From the human T2T-CHM13v2.0 reference genome, Homo sapiens: DNA of 64,000 nt. Shown here piece after piece: positions 13,126-27,696 of this stretch (positions are counted from its first letter, which is position 1; each line of letters opens with the position of its first letter). The translations under genes were made by a program, and so were the position numbers. A model generated the notes under the pieces. It was not told where the DNA came from, did no database searches, and saw only the letters and a list, made by a program, of their open reading frames with translations. Location of the stretch: assembly GCF_009914755.1 (NCBI RefSeq), contig NC_060943.1; one strand, given 5' to 3'.

Positions 13126-13665
13126 TGAGAAAGAAATGAATCTTTTATCTGAGGAATGTGACTCCCTTTAAATTATCAGGTCTAGAGAGGCATTAAAATG
13201 TGACAGCAGTCTTTCTGATAGGGGTTCCCCTGAAAAAAAGAAAAAAGAAAAAATTAAAAACTAAAAAAAAAATTTAATGTGACAATAGTCACATCTCATT
13301 TCCCCCTCAAGCTAAATAATTATCTCTTAAAGCCACTTGCTATGTAGGCTCTAGACTAACTCACACTGAGTAGCCATAAAATGCCATTCACTGGACATCC
13401 TAACTCATAAAACCCCATAGTTAACAATGTACAGCCAATTGTTAATTGATATTATTTCTGTAAACCAATGAGAATTCTTGCCAAACAACTTTATGTCAGC
13501 TCACGGTTTGTTCCCTTTTGACTTTAAAACCTGTTTCTAACAAAATCCTAACAGAGCACTTAACCAAGGCAACCTGAAAGTATTTTCCCAGGCAGCTGTC
13601 CTCATTTTGGCTCAAGTAAACTCTTTAAAATTGTATTTTGTGCAGTTTCCTCTTTTAGGCTGACA
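13126..13665 (+). mobile_element. ERV1-class (MER4-group-like) solo LTR; family not determined
   Basis: TG...CA ends, 4-bp TSD taaa/taaa, CCAAT boxes, agtaaa poly(A)-type motif. Confidence 0.65.
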
Positions 13666-14159
13666 TAAACGATATCATTTAGAAGAACTCGAATATATTT
13701 TTAAAATTAGATTTACTGAGATAAATTTTAACAGTTTTAAATAAATGCAAAGATGTACTATAAAGATGGGCTGGAAAACAAAGCATTTTAAAAATGTCAA
13801 GTCTCCCAAATCTACAGATTCAATGAAATCACAGTCACAATCCCAAACTGATACTGAAAAGTTTAAATAGCTATAAACTTTTTTTTAAAGTTTGAAAAAA
13901 AAGTTAGAAGACTTGCCATATCAGTTATGAGGACTTATAAAGCTACTTTAATTAGGACAGCACAATATTAGTACAATAACAGGCAAATAGGACAAAGGAA
14001 CAGAATAAAATCCTTATAAGCAGAATTAAGCACATATAGAGACTCAATGGCAATGATAGCACTACAGGGAAGTAGATAAAAGCTGTCTTTTCAATAAATG
14101 GAACTAAGGGCGCCGTGGCTCACGCCTGTAATCCTAGCACTTTGGGAAGCTGAGGAAGG

Positions 14160-15144
14160 TGTGGGGGAAAGAGAGATCAGACTGTTACTGTGTCTATATA
14201 GAAAGAGGAAGACATAAGAAACTCCATTTTAATCTGTACAAAGAAAAGTTCCTCTGTCTTGAGATACTGTTAATCTGTAACCCTAGCCCCAACCCTGTGC
14301 TCAGAAACGTGTGCTGTGTTGGCTCAAGGTTTAATGGATTTAGGGCTGTGCAGGACGTGCTTTGTTAAAATGTGTTTGCAGGCAGTATGCTTGGTAAAAG
14401 TCATCACCATTCTCCAGTCTCAAGTACCCAGGGACACAATGCACTGCGGAAGGCCGCAGGGACCTCTGCCCAAGAAAGCCTGGGTATTGTCCAAGGTTTC
14501 CTCCCACTGATACAGCCTGAGATATGGTCTCGTGGGAAGGGAAAAACCTGACCATCTCCCAGCCCAACACTCGTAAAGGGTCTGTGCTGAGGAGGATTAG
14601 TGAAAGAGGAAGACCTCTTTACAGTTAAAATAAGAGAAAGCCATCTGTCTCCTGCTCCTCCCTGGGAATGGAATGTCCCGGTATAAAACCCAATCATACA
14701 TTCTATTTACTAAGATAGGAGAAAACCACCTTATAACTAAAGGTGAGACATACTGGCGGCAATACTACTCTTTACTACACTAAGATGTTTGTGTAAAGTC
14801 AAACATAAATCTGGCCTACGTACACATCAAGGCACAGGACCTTTCCTTAAACTTATTTATAACACAGAGTCCTTTACTCACATGTTTTCCTACTGACCCT
14901 CTCCCCACCATTACCCTATAGTCCTGCCACACCCCCCTCACCAAGATGGTAAAAATAGTAATCAATAAATACTAACAAAACTCAGAGACCAGTGCCGGTG
15001 TGGGTCCCCCATATGCTGAACACCAGTCCCCTGGGCCCACTTTTCTTCCTCTGTACTTTCTCTCTGTGTCTGATTTCTTTTCTCAGTCTCTCATTTCCAC
15101 CTTGCAAAAAATACCCACAGGTGTGGAGGGGCAGGCCCCCTTCA
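14160..15144 (+). mobile_element. Solo LTR5 (HML-2, LTR5A/B-like) inserted in an Alu
   Basis: tgtggggg...ccccttca, about 985 bp, TSD ggaagg/ggcagg; Alu halves at 14107-14159 and 15145-15400. Confidence 0.9.
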
Positions 15145-17094
15145 GGCAGGTGGACCACTTGAGCCAGAGTTGGAGACCAGCCTGGCCATCATGGTGAAAC
15201 CCCATCTCTACTAAAAATACAAAAATTAGCCAGGCAAGGTGGCACCTGCTGGTAATTCCAGCTACTCGGGAGGCCGTGGCACAAGAATCACTTGAGCCCA
15301 GAAGGCAGAGGTTGCAGTTGAGCCAAGCACGCCACTACACTCCAGCCTGGGCGACGAGAGCAAGACTCTATCTAAAAAAATTAAAAAAAAAAAAAAAAAT
15401 CAATAAATGGTACTGGGGATGGGGACAGAAAGTTAAAACCCCCCTCACAACATACACAAAAACCATTTTAGAATCAACTGTCAATTTCAATGGTAGAAAC
15501 ATATCAATAAAGCTTTAAAGAACATTAATATAGGAGAATCTCTCAATGTTATTAGGGTATGGCCAGATATTTTAAAGAGGCCACATAAAGCACCCTATAA
15601 AGCAAACTATATCCTGCTAGGGGAACTGTAAGTGGTACAACCACTTTAGAAAACAGTTTGACATCTATTTAGACGGAGTTTATACACACTCTATGAAGCA
15701 GCAATTTTCCTCCGAGGTGCACATCTAGATATACATCTCTGCCTCCCCCATATGAGAGCACATATGAACCAAAAGACATTTACACAAATTTTCACACATG
15801 CATTATTCTTAATAATACAAGCTTTAGGTAATACAAATGTAATTAATAATAGAAAAAACTGCTATATTTTACATAATGGAATGTGATAGAAAACCTATTA
15901 TACCTTTGGTCCAGCCTGCAAGAATGCTTTTTACATTTTTGAAAGACTGTAAAACAAAAAGCAAATTAGCATATGCAAGAGACCATATGTAGCCTGCAAG
16001 CCCTAAAATATTTACTGTAAATTCGCCTGATCCTTGTCATTGAGCAAAGAAAATATACTCAGATGCAACAGGAAAGACCCTCACCAATAATGAGCAAAAG
16101 AAGGCTGACACAAAAAAAGAGTGATGTACAATTCCACTGATATACAGAGTTTAAAATAGGCAAAACTGTATTAACTACAATGATAAATAATGATTAATTA
16201 TATAAAGAAAAGCCTAAAATACTTTTCGGTGTGAGAATGGAAAAAGACTCACAGAACACCACTGGTGTGCTGACCATATTCTATTTCTTGACCTGGGCAA
16301 TGACTGCTTATACATATATTGCCTCCATGATAATTAAATTGTACATTTAAAATATATAAATGTAGAAAAATTAACAAAGTAAAGGAAGAGATCAACCATA
16401 CCAAACAGTTTACCTCCAGGAAAGGTGTTAACTCCAGACAACACAACGGGTGAATTTTACAGGTGGGTAATAAAACAAGAACGTCCACTAACACCCTATT
16501 TTCCTACTTTATACTGGAAAGTTGAGCCAATGCATTAAGATAAGAATGAATTATAAGCATTACAAAGTAAGACAGAAAATTAATGTTATTTTCAGGCGAT
16601 ATCATCACGAACATGGAAAAAGAGATTCAAGAAATTACATATTTAAAAAAGAAAATGCTCCCTCAGAAACTCCCAGGCAGATTTTCACATACATAGTTGG
16701 CTAGAATTGCACCATACGCCTAAGCTCATTTCCATGTCAAACCTATCACTAGCAATGGCAATTGGAACCAGCAAGATTGGCTAAGACCAACAAGGCCTTA
16801 CTAAGAAACTGGGATTTGGGTCGCCTTGCCACAGGGATGAATACTTCACGAAATGGAGATTCTGTTAAGAAAGTGTGAATATAAGGCGGGCAAGCAACAC
16901 TCACTATATATTAAGAAGTGAAGGCCGGGCGCGGTGGCTCACGCCTGTAATCCCAGCACTTTGGAAAGCCAAGGTGGGCGGATCACCTGAGGTCAGGAGT
17001 TCGAGACCAACCTGCCCAACGTGGTAAAACCCTGTCTCTACTAAAAATACAAAAACTAGCCGGGCGTGGTGGCGTGGGCCTGTAGTCCCAGCTA

Positions 17095-17301
<207 letters not shown>

Positions 17302-17399
17302 TCAACCGCTGCCTTTGCAGCCATAGACAATATATAATCGGAGGGTATGACTGAACTTGACCCCCCGATCTGTAAATAGCCACCCCAAGGATCAGAAGA

Positions 17400-18300
17400 G
17401 TAGATATATGGTTTCGAACTAATGCTGGGGGCTGTGTCGCCTTTTGCCCCAGTAACCGAGGTTCGAACCTCAACCCAGGACCCAGGGCTCCAAAGTCTCG
17501 AAAGCTTCAGCCCTCACAAGCCTTTGTACCACAGACACTGGCCCCATGCCTCTTACTCATCCGAACCACGGACCAGACACTCTACAGCGATGGACATCCT
17601 CCCAGACTCCAACATCACTGAGTTCCAAATTAAATCCTGAACCCGAAGCAGACGCCGCATCGATCCTAATCGCCACCTCCATCCTTTACAAGCAGAGTGA
17701 TCCATACCTTGACAGTTAGGACACGGCCGTTGATCACTACAGACCCTTAGTCACTGTACTCACACCAAAGGCACGCGGACCACAGACAGGGGGATCACAG
17801 ACTCCCACCAGGTACCTCCCAAATGCCTATACCCCGGCGCTCCCCAGTCTTCCTGCCAAAAACTATGTGGTCCAGGGTACACCACGTCCTCAGATCTCCC
17901 AAACCTTCCACTGAGACAAAACCTGAACTAGGACAAAAAACTTTCAGGGACAAAACCACACACTGACCTCTATTTTCTCCAGATACACAAGAAGGGCCTC
18001 AACGTTACACTTCCGTAAACTGCTCCTACTTCTGGAGTCCTCGCACGGGTTTATGGTCCACCTACGGCGGCCGAGGAGAACCTAAAATGTTTAAAAGAGC
18101 AAGGACAAGCGCATTTACGGCATTTCCTACTCTGTAAAATGGCCGCGCCCATAGCCGTGGCTCCTGACGGCAGCCATGTTTGAAAATTGGACGCACAGAA
18201 GGCAGTGGCAGGTTTTTGAGCCAGGAGCCAGGGAAGAAGAGAAGTCACTGAAATCGCCTCGTTTCCTGGCACTTAAAGTCTTGCGAAAGGGGGCAGATTT
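17400..18300. promoter_or_regulatory. CpG-rich promoter of ZNF350 with YY1-type motifs
   Basis: CpG enrichment; AAAATGGCCGC at 18136-18146 and GCCATGTTT near 18173-18181. Confidence 0.75.
17968..18030 (-). other. ZNF350: ZNF350 non-coding exon 1 (5' end approximate)
   Basis: GAG|gtcagt donor at 17967 inside a CpG-rich region; same layout as the two paralogues. Confidence 0.65.
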
Positions 18301-18600
18301 TCAGAGACTCAGGCTTTATCAGGCAAATATGGGGCAAGCTAAATTGCCTTTAGCGCTTTTCCATCCACTTTGTTAAATTTAAAAAAAAAGGTTTTGAAAA
18401 AGACAAGTAACAGTGCAGCCAGGTGTAGGTATCCCAGAGAATGAATTGGAAATGGAAAAGGTAACAGATCAGGTAGAAAGGGAAAAGGCAACACATCAGG
18501 TAGGCAGACACCCACGGGAAAGCGTCTGGCGAAAATTAGCTTGCAGGAAGCGGTTTTTAAGAACAGAAAAATAGCAGGTATTCGGGGGGGCGGGTGGTGA

Positions 18601-18843
<243 letters not shown>

Positions 18844-18929
18844 TGATCTGCCTGTCTCGGCCTCCCAAAGTGCTGGGATTACAGGTGTGAGCCACCGCGC
18901 CTGGCCTCGAAAAAATGATTATTATTTAC

Positions 18930-19022
18930 AAAAAAGAAGAAGAAGAAGGAGGAAGAGGAGGAGGAGAAGGAAGAGAAAAGAGGAGAAAAGAAGAGAAAAG
19001 AGGAGAGGAGAGGAGAGAAAAG
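18930..19022 (+). repeat. Polypurine (GAA/GGA/GA-rich) tract
   Basis: About 90 nt containing only A and G. Confidence 0.9.
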
Positions 19023-19456
19023 AGATTTTGAGAATGAATTACGATGTGAGCCTGGCCACGACAGACTAAAGGAATTGGGCCTCCTAGAAAGGCCACTTTT
19101 AGTAAAGGTGCCAATGGGAAGAGCAGAGCCAGAATTGAGAGTATAAAAATATTGTTAAGAGTTTTTGACAAAAGTGCCAAGACAATTCAATAAGAATAGT
19201 CTTTTCAACAAGCGGCACTGGGATAATTGGATATCCACATCCAGAAAAATGAGTTAGGACCCTCAAACCATACACAAAAGTTAACTCAAAATAGATCATA
19301 GATCTAAGTTTAAGAGAAAGTATAAAACTTAGAGAAGGAAAAGGGAGATAATCCTCATGGACGTGAGTTAATTCTGAGAGGAGAGTAAAGGATGACCCAC
19401 AAAACAAAATAAAATTAATAAAGTGGACTTGATTTTTTTTTAAGTTTGTGCTTCTA

Positions 19457-19839
<383 letters not shown>

Positions 19840-20972
19840 TTAAATAGAAACCTTCAGGACAGATTTGGACTTGAAAGACTGACAGGAAGTGTTTCCAGCA
19901 TCCAGTTAGTCTCAAAGCAACCACTAACCTTCAACTGCACACCTGAAAGCCTCCAGCCTCATTACATTCTCAAACACAGACAAGCCCCGTCTTCCTCTAA
20001 ATAAAATTGCCTTCAAATTCAATTTAAAACTTACCACAGAGGCACTCCTTTGACACTCCTCCCCCTAGACCTTTCATTCACGCCACTCCTCTTCCTAGCT
20101 CGGGCTTCTCTGTATCTGAGCCCCATATTAAATTGCAAATCTGAGCAAAAAACAGCATTCACTGAGACACACTTTCCCCAGTTTTCTATTACTGAGACTC
20201 ATGAAAAGTGAACATATAGACCTCAAGCTCTGTCCGTGGGACCCTCAGTCATTAAACTCTTAAAACTAAGCCTTAACCTTTGACATCCCAAGGGTCTCTT
20301 TCTCACACCCATATTCCTCGGTGACTAAACTGAAATAAAACCCCTGAACACGGACATTCACATGCGTTTCCACTTCATGGTCGTCCCCACAAGCTCCCCA
20401 TCCGGATTCACACGCAGCATCAGGCTTTCAAGGCTACAGTAGCAGCTGCCAAAGGCTGAACACGTATCAGAACCTACTTCCGATTCTGGAATTCTGGTGC
20501 TGCAACCCCATCCTTCGCCATCTCTAAGAACACCGAGAGACTGGGAGGCGGGCTTCCGGAGAGGGATATGGGACATTTCCCAAAGTCCAGGTTCTGGCTT
20601 TGAACATTTTATATGAGGTAACATAGCTGTTTTACCTCATAGAGCATATTATGTCATTTCTGATGGGAGTGACCGTAGATTATTAGTGGAGTGATAGACA
20701 CGCACATCAACAGAATAGAGTCAAGAAATGGACACAAGAACAGGCAACTGATTTTTACAAATGTTCAAAATCAATTTAATGGAAAGAGGACAGTGTTTTC
20801 AATACTGTTGAATCAACTGGGCAACCATAGGCTGAACTTTAAATTAACCCTTACCCTATATACAAAGATGAATTTAAATGGATATTGCTAAATATTAAAA
20901 AGCAAAACTGGCTGGGCGTGGTGTCTCACGCCTGCAATCCCAGCACTTTGGGAGGCTGAGGTGGCCAGATCA

Positions 20973-21227
<255 letters not shown>

Positions 21228-21450
21228 CTACATTATTTTGTCAAAGGAAGTGGAAAAAGAATTATCAATTACAGTAAGGAAGGAATACTTAGATGTAATG
21301 CCAAAACCCCACAATCCATTAAAAAAAAAAAGGCTGGGTGCAATGGCTCACACCTGTAATCCCAGCACTTTGGGAGGCCATGGTGGACAGATCACCTGAG
21401 GTCAGGAGTTTGAGCCCAGTTTGGCCAACACGGTGAAACCCCAATCTCTA

Positions 21451-21747
<297 letters not shown>

Positions 21748-22553
21748 TTAATAAACAATGCTCTAAGCAGCGCACAGTGGCAAATGCCTGCAGTCCCAGC
21801 TACTCTGGAGGCTGGGACAGAAAACTTCTCAAGACCAGGAGTTTGAGACTGTAGTGTGCTATAATGGTGCCTGTGAATAGCCACTGCACTCCAGCCTGAG
21901 CAACATAGTGAGACCTTGTCTCTTAAAAAAAAAAAAAAAAAGCCTTTAGGGAGGTGCAAATGGAAGGCCACATACAATTGGTATGTTTGTATTCATACCA
22001 ATACACACACAATAGAATAGGTAAAATAAAACATTCCAGTCCTGCGTGGTGGCTCACGCCTGTAATCCCAGCACTTCAGGAGGCTGAGGCGGGTGGATCA
22101 CAAGGTCAGGAGTTCGAGACCAGCCTGGCCAAGATGATGAAACCCCGTCACTACTAAAAATACAAAAATTAGCCAGGCGCAGTGGCAGGCACCTGTAATC
22201 CCAGCTACTCAGGAGGCTGAAGCAGGAGAATCACTTGAACCCCGGAGGCAGAGGGTGCAGCAAGCCAAGATCGTGCCACTGCACTCTAGCCTGGTCAACA
22301 GAGCAAGACTACATCTCAAAACAAAACAATACAAAACAAAAAAAATACTGACAGCATCAAGTGGAAGAATGTGGAGCAACTGAACCTTTCTATATATTGT
22401 TGGTGAGCAATGAAACACCACTCTGGTTAGTATCTTACAAAGGTAAACATACACTTACCTTATGACCCATGAATCATACTCTGCAGTAATTATCCTAGAG
22501 AAGTAAAAAATTGTGCTCACACAAAGCCTGTGTGTACAAATGTTCATAGGATT

Positions 22554-22559
22554 TTTATT
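22554..22559 (-). terminator. Probable ZNF615 poly(A) signal AATAAA within an old L1 relic
   Basis: tttatt on +; paralogous to 44538 and 62602; agrees with my recollection of the gene length. Confidence 0.6.
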
Positions 22560-24076
22560 TGTAACAGTAAGAAAAACCGGGAACAAAACTAATGTCCTTC
22601 AGTGGGTGAATAAACAAATAGTGGTATATTCGTATCATAGATTATTAGTGGCCAATAAAAACAGAACAATGATATGCAGAACAACTTGGATGGATTTCAG
22701 GTTAATCTGCTTTAGTTGAAATAGCCAATACCAAAAGGGTACATGCTGTATGATTCCATTTTTATAACATGCTACTAATGACAAAACTAAAGATGAAAAG
22801 ATTTCTGATTGCCAAGGGTTAGGGCTGAGGAGAGGTTGTGACTATAAACAAGGAGCATGAGGGAGTTTGCATTGATGCAACATTCTGAATCTCGATTACG
22901 GTGGTGGTGACATGAATCAATATATGTGTTAAGATTTCTTAAAGCTACATATAAAAAACAAACAAAAATGCATGCATGTTAAAACTGGTGATTTCCAAAT
23001 AAATTCTGTAGTTAACAGTATTGTAACAATTTCACTTTCCTGTATTTGGTAATGAACTATGCTTATGTAAGTTGTTATCTTTGGAAGAAGCTGGGTTAAG
23101 GGCAAGAACTCTGGAATATTTTGGTAAGATTTTGTGAATCTAAACTTATTTCAAAATAAAAACTTACAAAAACATCTTATTTATATTAATTTCATAACAC
23201 CTGATGTTACTTATAAACTTAAACATATTCAAGTATGGTCAATTACACTTATGAACTGAATATACTGTATCCAGTTTCATTCTGAAGTACTTTAGTTATT
23301 CTGAAATAACACAAACTTAGAACCAAAGAAATGCAGGAGCTAATCATATAATAAAATGAGGCAGGCATAAAATACTCCGGTATTATATACAATATTAAAT
23401 TTTAGTTCGTGATTAGAGGAAGTCACAATTTAAAATGTATAAAATCAGTGACAAGGCAACTAGGAATATGGCTCAAGCTATCCTGTTCCCAAATGCACAT
23501 GAGGCATATTATCTGTTAAGGTTAGAATTGTGACAGAAAGCTCTCATCCATCATTTTGCCAAGGCTTCTTTCCTTCATTAAATTCTCTGATATTTTCCTA
23601 AAAGTCTTCTACATTGAATGTTTTCATAAGTTTTTTCTGCATTATTTCCTAGCACACGATGAGGCAAAACATTTTACTGAAAACCCTGCCACAGGGGTTT
23701 GCCAGAGGAAAGTATTTCTCCAGTGTGAACTCTCTCAATCTGTTGAAGTTTTATTTTTGGGCAAAGACGTTCCTATAATTATTACATTTCCACGAATTAG
23801 TAGTTTATTCATGATCTATGATCACTTCTGAGGGGGTTTATCTTCCCACCAAAGGCTTTTATAGTCTGCCACATTCATAGGATTTTTCTCAGTATACAAT
23901 TTTTAGACATAATGTCCTAAAATATTTTCTCAAATGTTTTGTACATGTTTTCTCTGACACAAAACATGAAGTAACTGATCACTAAATAAACAACCATGTA
24001 GTCTGCATTCATGAAATTACTCTTCTTTGCAGATATCTTAAGGGCCTACATCTGGCAAGAGGCTTTCCCAAAATGA

Positions 24077-26034
24077 CTACCTGTGAATTCTCCTGTGTTT
24101 AACAAGGATAGACAAGTGCGCAAAAGCTTTCCCACAATCACTACATCCATAGGGCCTCTCTCCTGTATGTTTTCTTTGATGAACATTGAGCCCTGATTTT
24201 GTAGTGAAGGCTTTCCCGCAGTCACTGCATTTGTACGGTTTCTCTCCTGTGTGAATTCTCTGATGTGTAATAAGATCATTTTTGCGCAAAGAGAATTTTC
24301 CACATTCAGTACATGCAAAGGAAGTCTTTCCTGTGTGAAATCGCTGATGTTGTATGAGGCATGTCTTCTTCCTGAAGGTTTTATCACATTCATTGCATTT
24401 GTATGGCTTCTCTCCAGTATGAGTTTGCTGATGTATACTGAGAGTACTCTTCATGGTGAAGCCCTTTCCACATTCATTGCATATATAAGGTTTCTCCCCA
24501 GTATGAGTTCGCTGATGTGCAATGAGCATGCTTTTCCCAGTTAAGCCTTTGCCACATTCACTGCATACATAGGGTTTCTCTCCTGTATGAGTGCGCCGAT
24601 GTACATTGAGATGACTCTTCTCAGTGAAGCCTTTTCCACACTCATTGCAAATATAAGGTTTCTCTCCTGTATGAGTTCGTTGATGTCCCATTAGCCGGAT
24701 CTTTGCTGGAAAGCCTTTTCCACACTCACCACATACATAGGGTTTTTCTCCAGTATGAGTTCGCTGATGCACAATAAGGCGGCTCTTCACAGTGAAGCCT
24801 TTTCCACAATCATTGCATATATATGGCTTCTCTGCAGTATGAGTTCGCTGATGTACAATGAGGTCACTCTTCATGGTGAAACCTTTTCGACATTCGGTGC
24901 ATACATAGGGTTTCTCTCCAGTATGTGTTCGCTGATGTCTGATGAGTGGGCTCTTCAAAGCGAAGCCCTTTCCACACTCATTGCATTTATAAGGTTTCTC
25001 TCCAGTATGAGTTCGTTGATGTACCATGAGACAGTGCTTCATTGAAAAGCCTTTTCCACATTCACTACATGTATATAATTTCTCTCCTGTATGAGTTTGC
25101 TGATGTGTGATAAGACTGTTCTTCAAGGTGAAGCCTTTCCCACATTTATTGCATATAAAGGGTTTCTCACCAGTATGAGTTCGATGATGTGCAGTAAGAC
25201 GCCTCTTCTCAATGAAGCCTTTTCCACATTCACTACATATATAAGGTTTTTCTCCTGTATGAGTTTTCTGATGTGTAGTGAGACTGAACTTTGTAGAGAA
25301 GGCCTTCCCACATACACTGCATCCATGGGGTTTCTCTCCTGTATGAGTTCGTTGATGATAAATGAGCCGACACTTCTTGATGAAGGCTTTCCCACATTGG
25401 CTACATGTGTAAGGTTTCCCTCCCATATGAGTTTTCTGATGTATATTGAGCTGTGATTTCTTGAGGAAGGTTTTGTCACATTCAGTGCATTCATAATGTT
25501 TCAGTTCTGTATGAGTTCTCTGATGGTCCATTAGTCTGGATTTTCTGGAGAAAGCTTTCCCACACATACTGCATACATGAGGTTTTTCTCCAGTGTGAAC
25601 TCTCTGATGATCAATAAACTGAGACAACTTGAGGAAGGCTTTCCCACATTCACTGCATACATGGGCATTCTCTATGTTGTGAGTTCTCTGTTGCTTAATG
25701 AACTGGGACTTATTAATAGGTTTTGCAATTGCAGGAAACTTCATTTCAGTATAAAATTGTTTATGGTTAGCATGAAAAAGGGATTTCCCATCTCTATTAA
25801 ACTCAGCAGAGTTCTTTAGGCCAGAGCTCCTTTTCTGGTTTTCAAAACTTAAATTTGATTTTAAAGGTTTTTCATGTAAGTCAAACGTATCACAATCTTG
25901 CTTCAGCAGGAAATGACCTTTGTTCTGATTAACAATATTTCCAAACATATTCTGTTCATGGCACTGTTTCACACTCTTCTGAATACTTTGATTTTGCAAG
26001 TGATGCTGCAGAGGATCATCAATTTTCCTGATTT
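24077..26034 (-). CDS. ZNF615: ZNF615 finger exon: spacer plus 19 C2H2 fingers
   Basis: tcctag|AAATC acceptor; 19 CxxC...HxxxH repeats with TGEKP-type linkers; 15+127+96+1958 = 2196 nt = 731 aa + stop. Confidence 0.95.
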
Positions 26035-26150
26035 CTAGGAAAGAAGAGAACAGTCAATCACTCCATCATCTTGTTTTGAAATAAACTATTTAAACTATTT
26101 TTTAAAACTGCCTTGGTGTGAGGTGACTCTTTAGTGAAAACCCTATTTTA

Positions 26151-26298
26151 TTTATTTATTTTTTTGTGAGCAATAAAGCTTTTTAATCACCTGGGTGCAG
26201 GCGGACTGAGTCCGAAAAAGGAGTCAGAAAAGGGTGATAAGGGGAGGGCAGTTTTATAGCATTTGGGTAGGTAGTGGAAAATTACAGCTAAAGGGGGT
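26151..26298 (-). mobile_element. 5'-truncated, polyadenylated retrocopy of the HERV-H LTR7 U3/R end
   Basis: Minus strand reads ...ctataaaa...ggactcagtccgcctgcacccaggtgattaaaaagctttattgctcac then an A-rich tail; 16-bp TSD tgaaaaccctatttta at 26135 and 26299. Confidence 0.85.
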
Positions 26299-27295
26299 TG
26301 AAAACCCTATTTTAGTATAAAGGAAACTCCATGTATAAATATCCCTCATCTCTTACACATTGGGAGAGATGTGTAAGATTCCTTTTATCTCTTACACATA
26401 AAGGAAATTCCATGTATAAATATCCTTCATTTCTTACAAATAAAACACAATAATATAAACACACCGAAAAGTAAAAGCAACTGTACAAACAAGGCTAGAT
26501 AATTCACAATGTATATAGATTTGGCTGCTTTCTAAATAGGTCTTTATACAATACACACATAGTCAAATATAAACAGGTCACTTTTTGCAGGGAACCCCAA
26601 AATTTGGCAGGATACCAGACCACAGAAATAAAGAGAAATATCAGACCACACAGGTTGATCCCAAATGACAAAGGCTGTATTAATTTATTCTACAAATGTT
26701 TGCTGAATGACATCTATGTGTAAGTCACTATGCTCATGTTTGGGATATACAAACACCTTCCTTTTTTTTTTTTTTTTTTTTTTGAGACAGGGTCTCTGTC
26801 ACCAAGGCTGGAGTGCAGTGGCACAATCTCAGCTTACTTGCAACTATAACCTCTCCCTCCCAGGCTCAAGTGATCCTCCCACCTCAGCCTCTTGATTAGC
26901 TGGGACCACAGGCATGTGCCACCACACCCAGCTAATTTTTTGTATTTTTGGTAGAGATGGGTTTTTGCTGTGTTATCTAGGCTGGTCTCACAAGCTCAAG
27001 AAGATCCACCTCCCTCCGCCTCCCAAAGTGCTGGGATTACAGACATGAGCCACTGCACTCAGCCAATTTTCACGAAGGTTTAATTTTAGTTAGGAAAAAA
27101 TGAAATCACAAGGAAGCAAAAAAATAAAGAAGGTAATTGCATTTTGTGAAATGTGGTTAATGGAACAATGGAGATATAAGAGGTGGAGAAAATCAAGATA
27201 TAGTTAAAGAAATGACAAGGTTCACTAATAGGTTCAATGGGACGAGTGAAAGAGGGTTAATGGAAGTGAGGACTCAAAGATTATTCCAAAAATTA

Positions 27296-27696
<401 letters not shown>

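Noticed and set aside
13212-13232. U1 snRNA retrocopy
   Set aside because: Only the last few bases (ttcccctg) resemble the U1 3' end, which is too little to call.
18887-19069. Arg/Lys/Glu-rich protamine-like ORF
   Set aside because: Translation of an Alu end plus the polypurine simple repeat.
24046-25819. Antisense and off-frame ORFs over the finger arrays (also 47004-47892)
   Set aside because: Expected shadow ORFs of the 84-nt C2H2 repeat.
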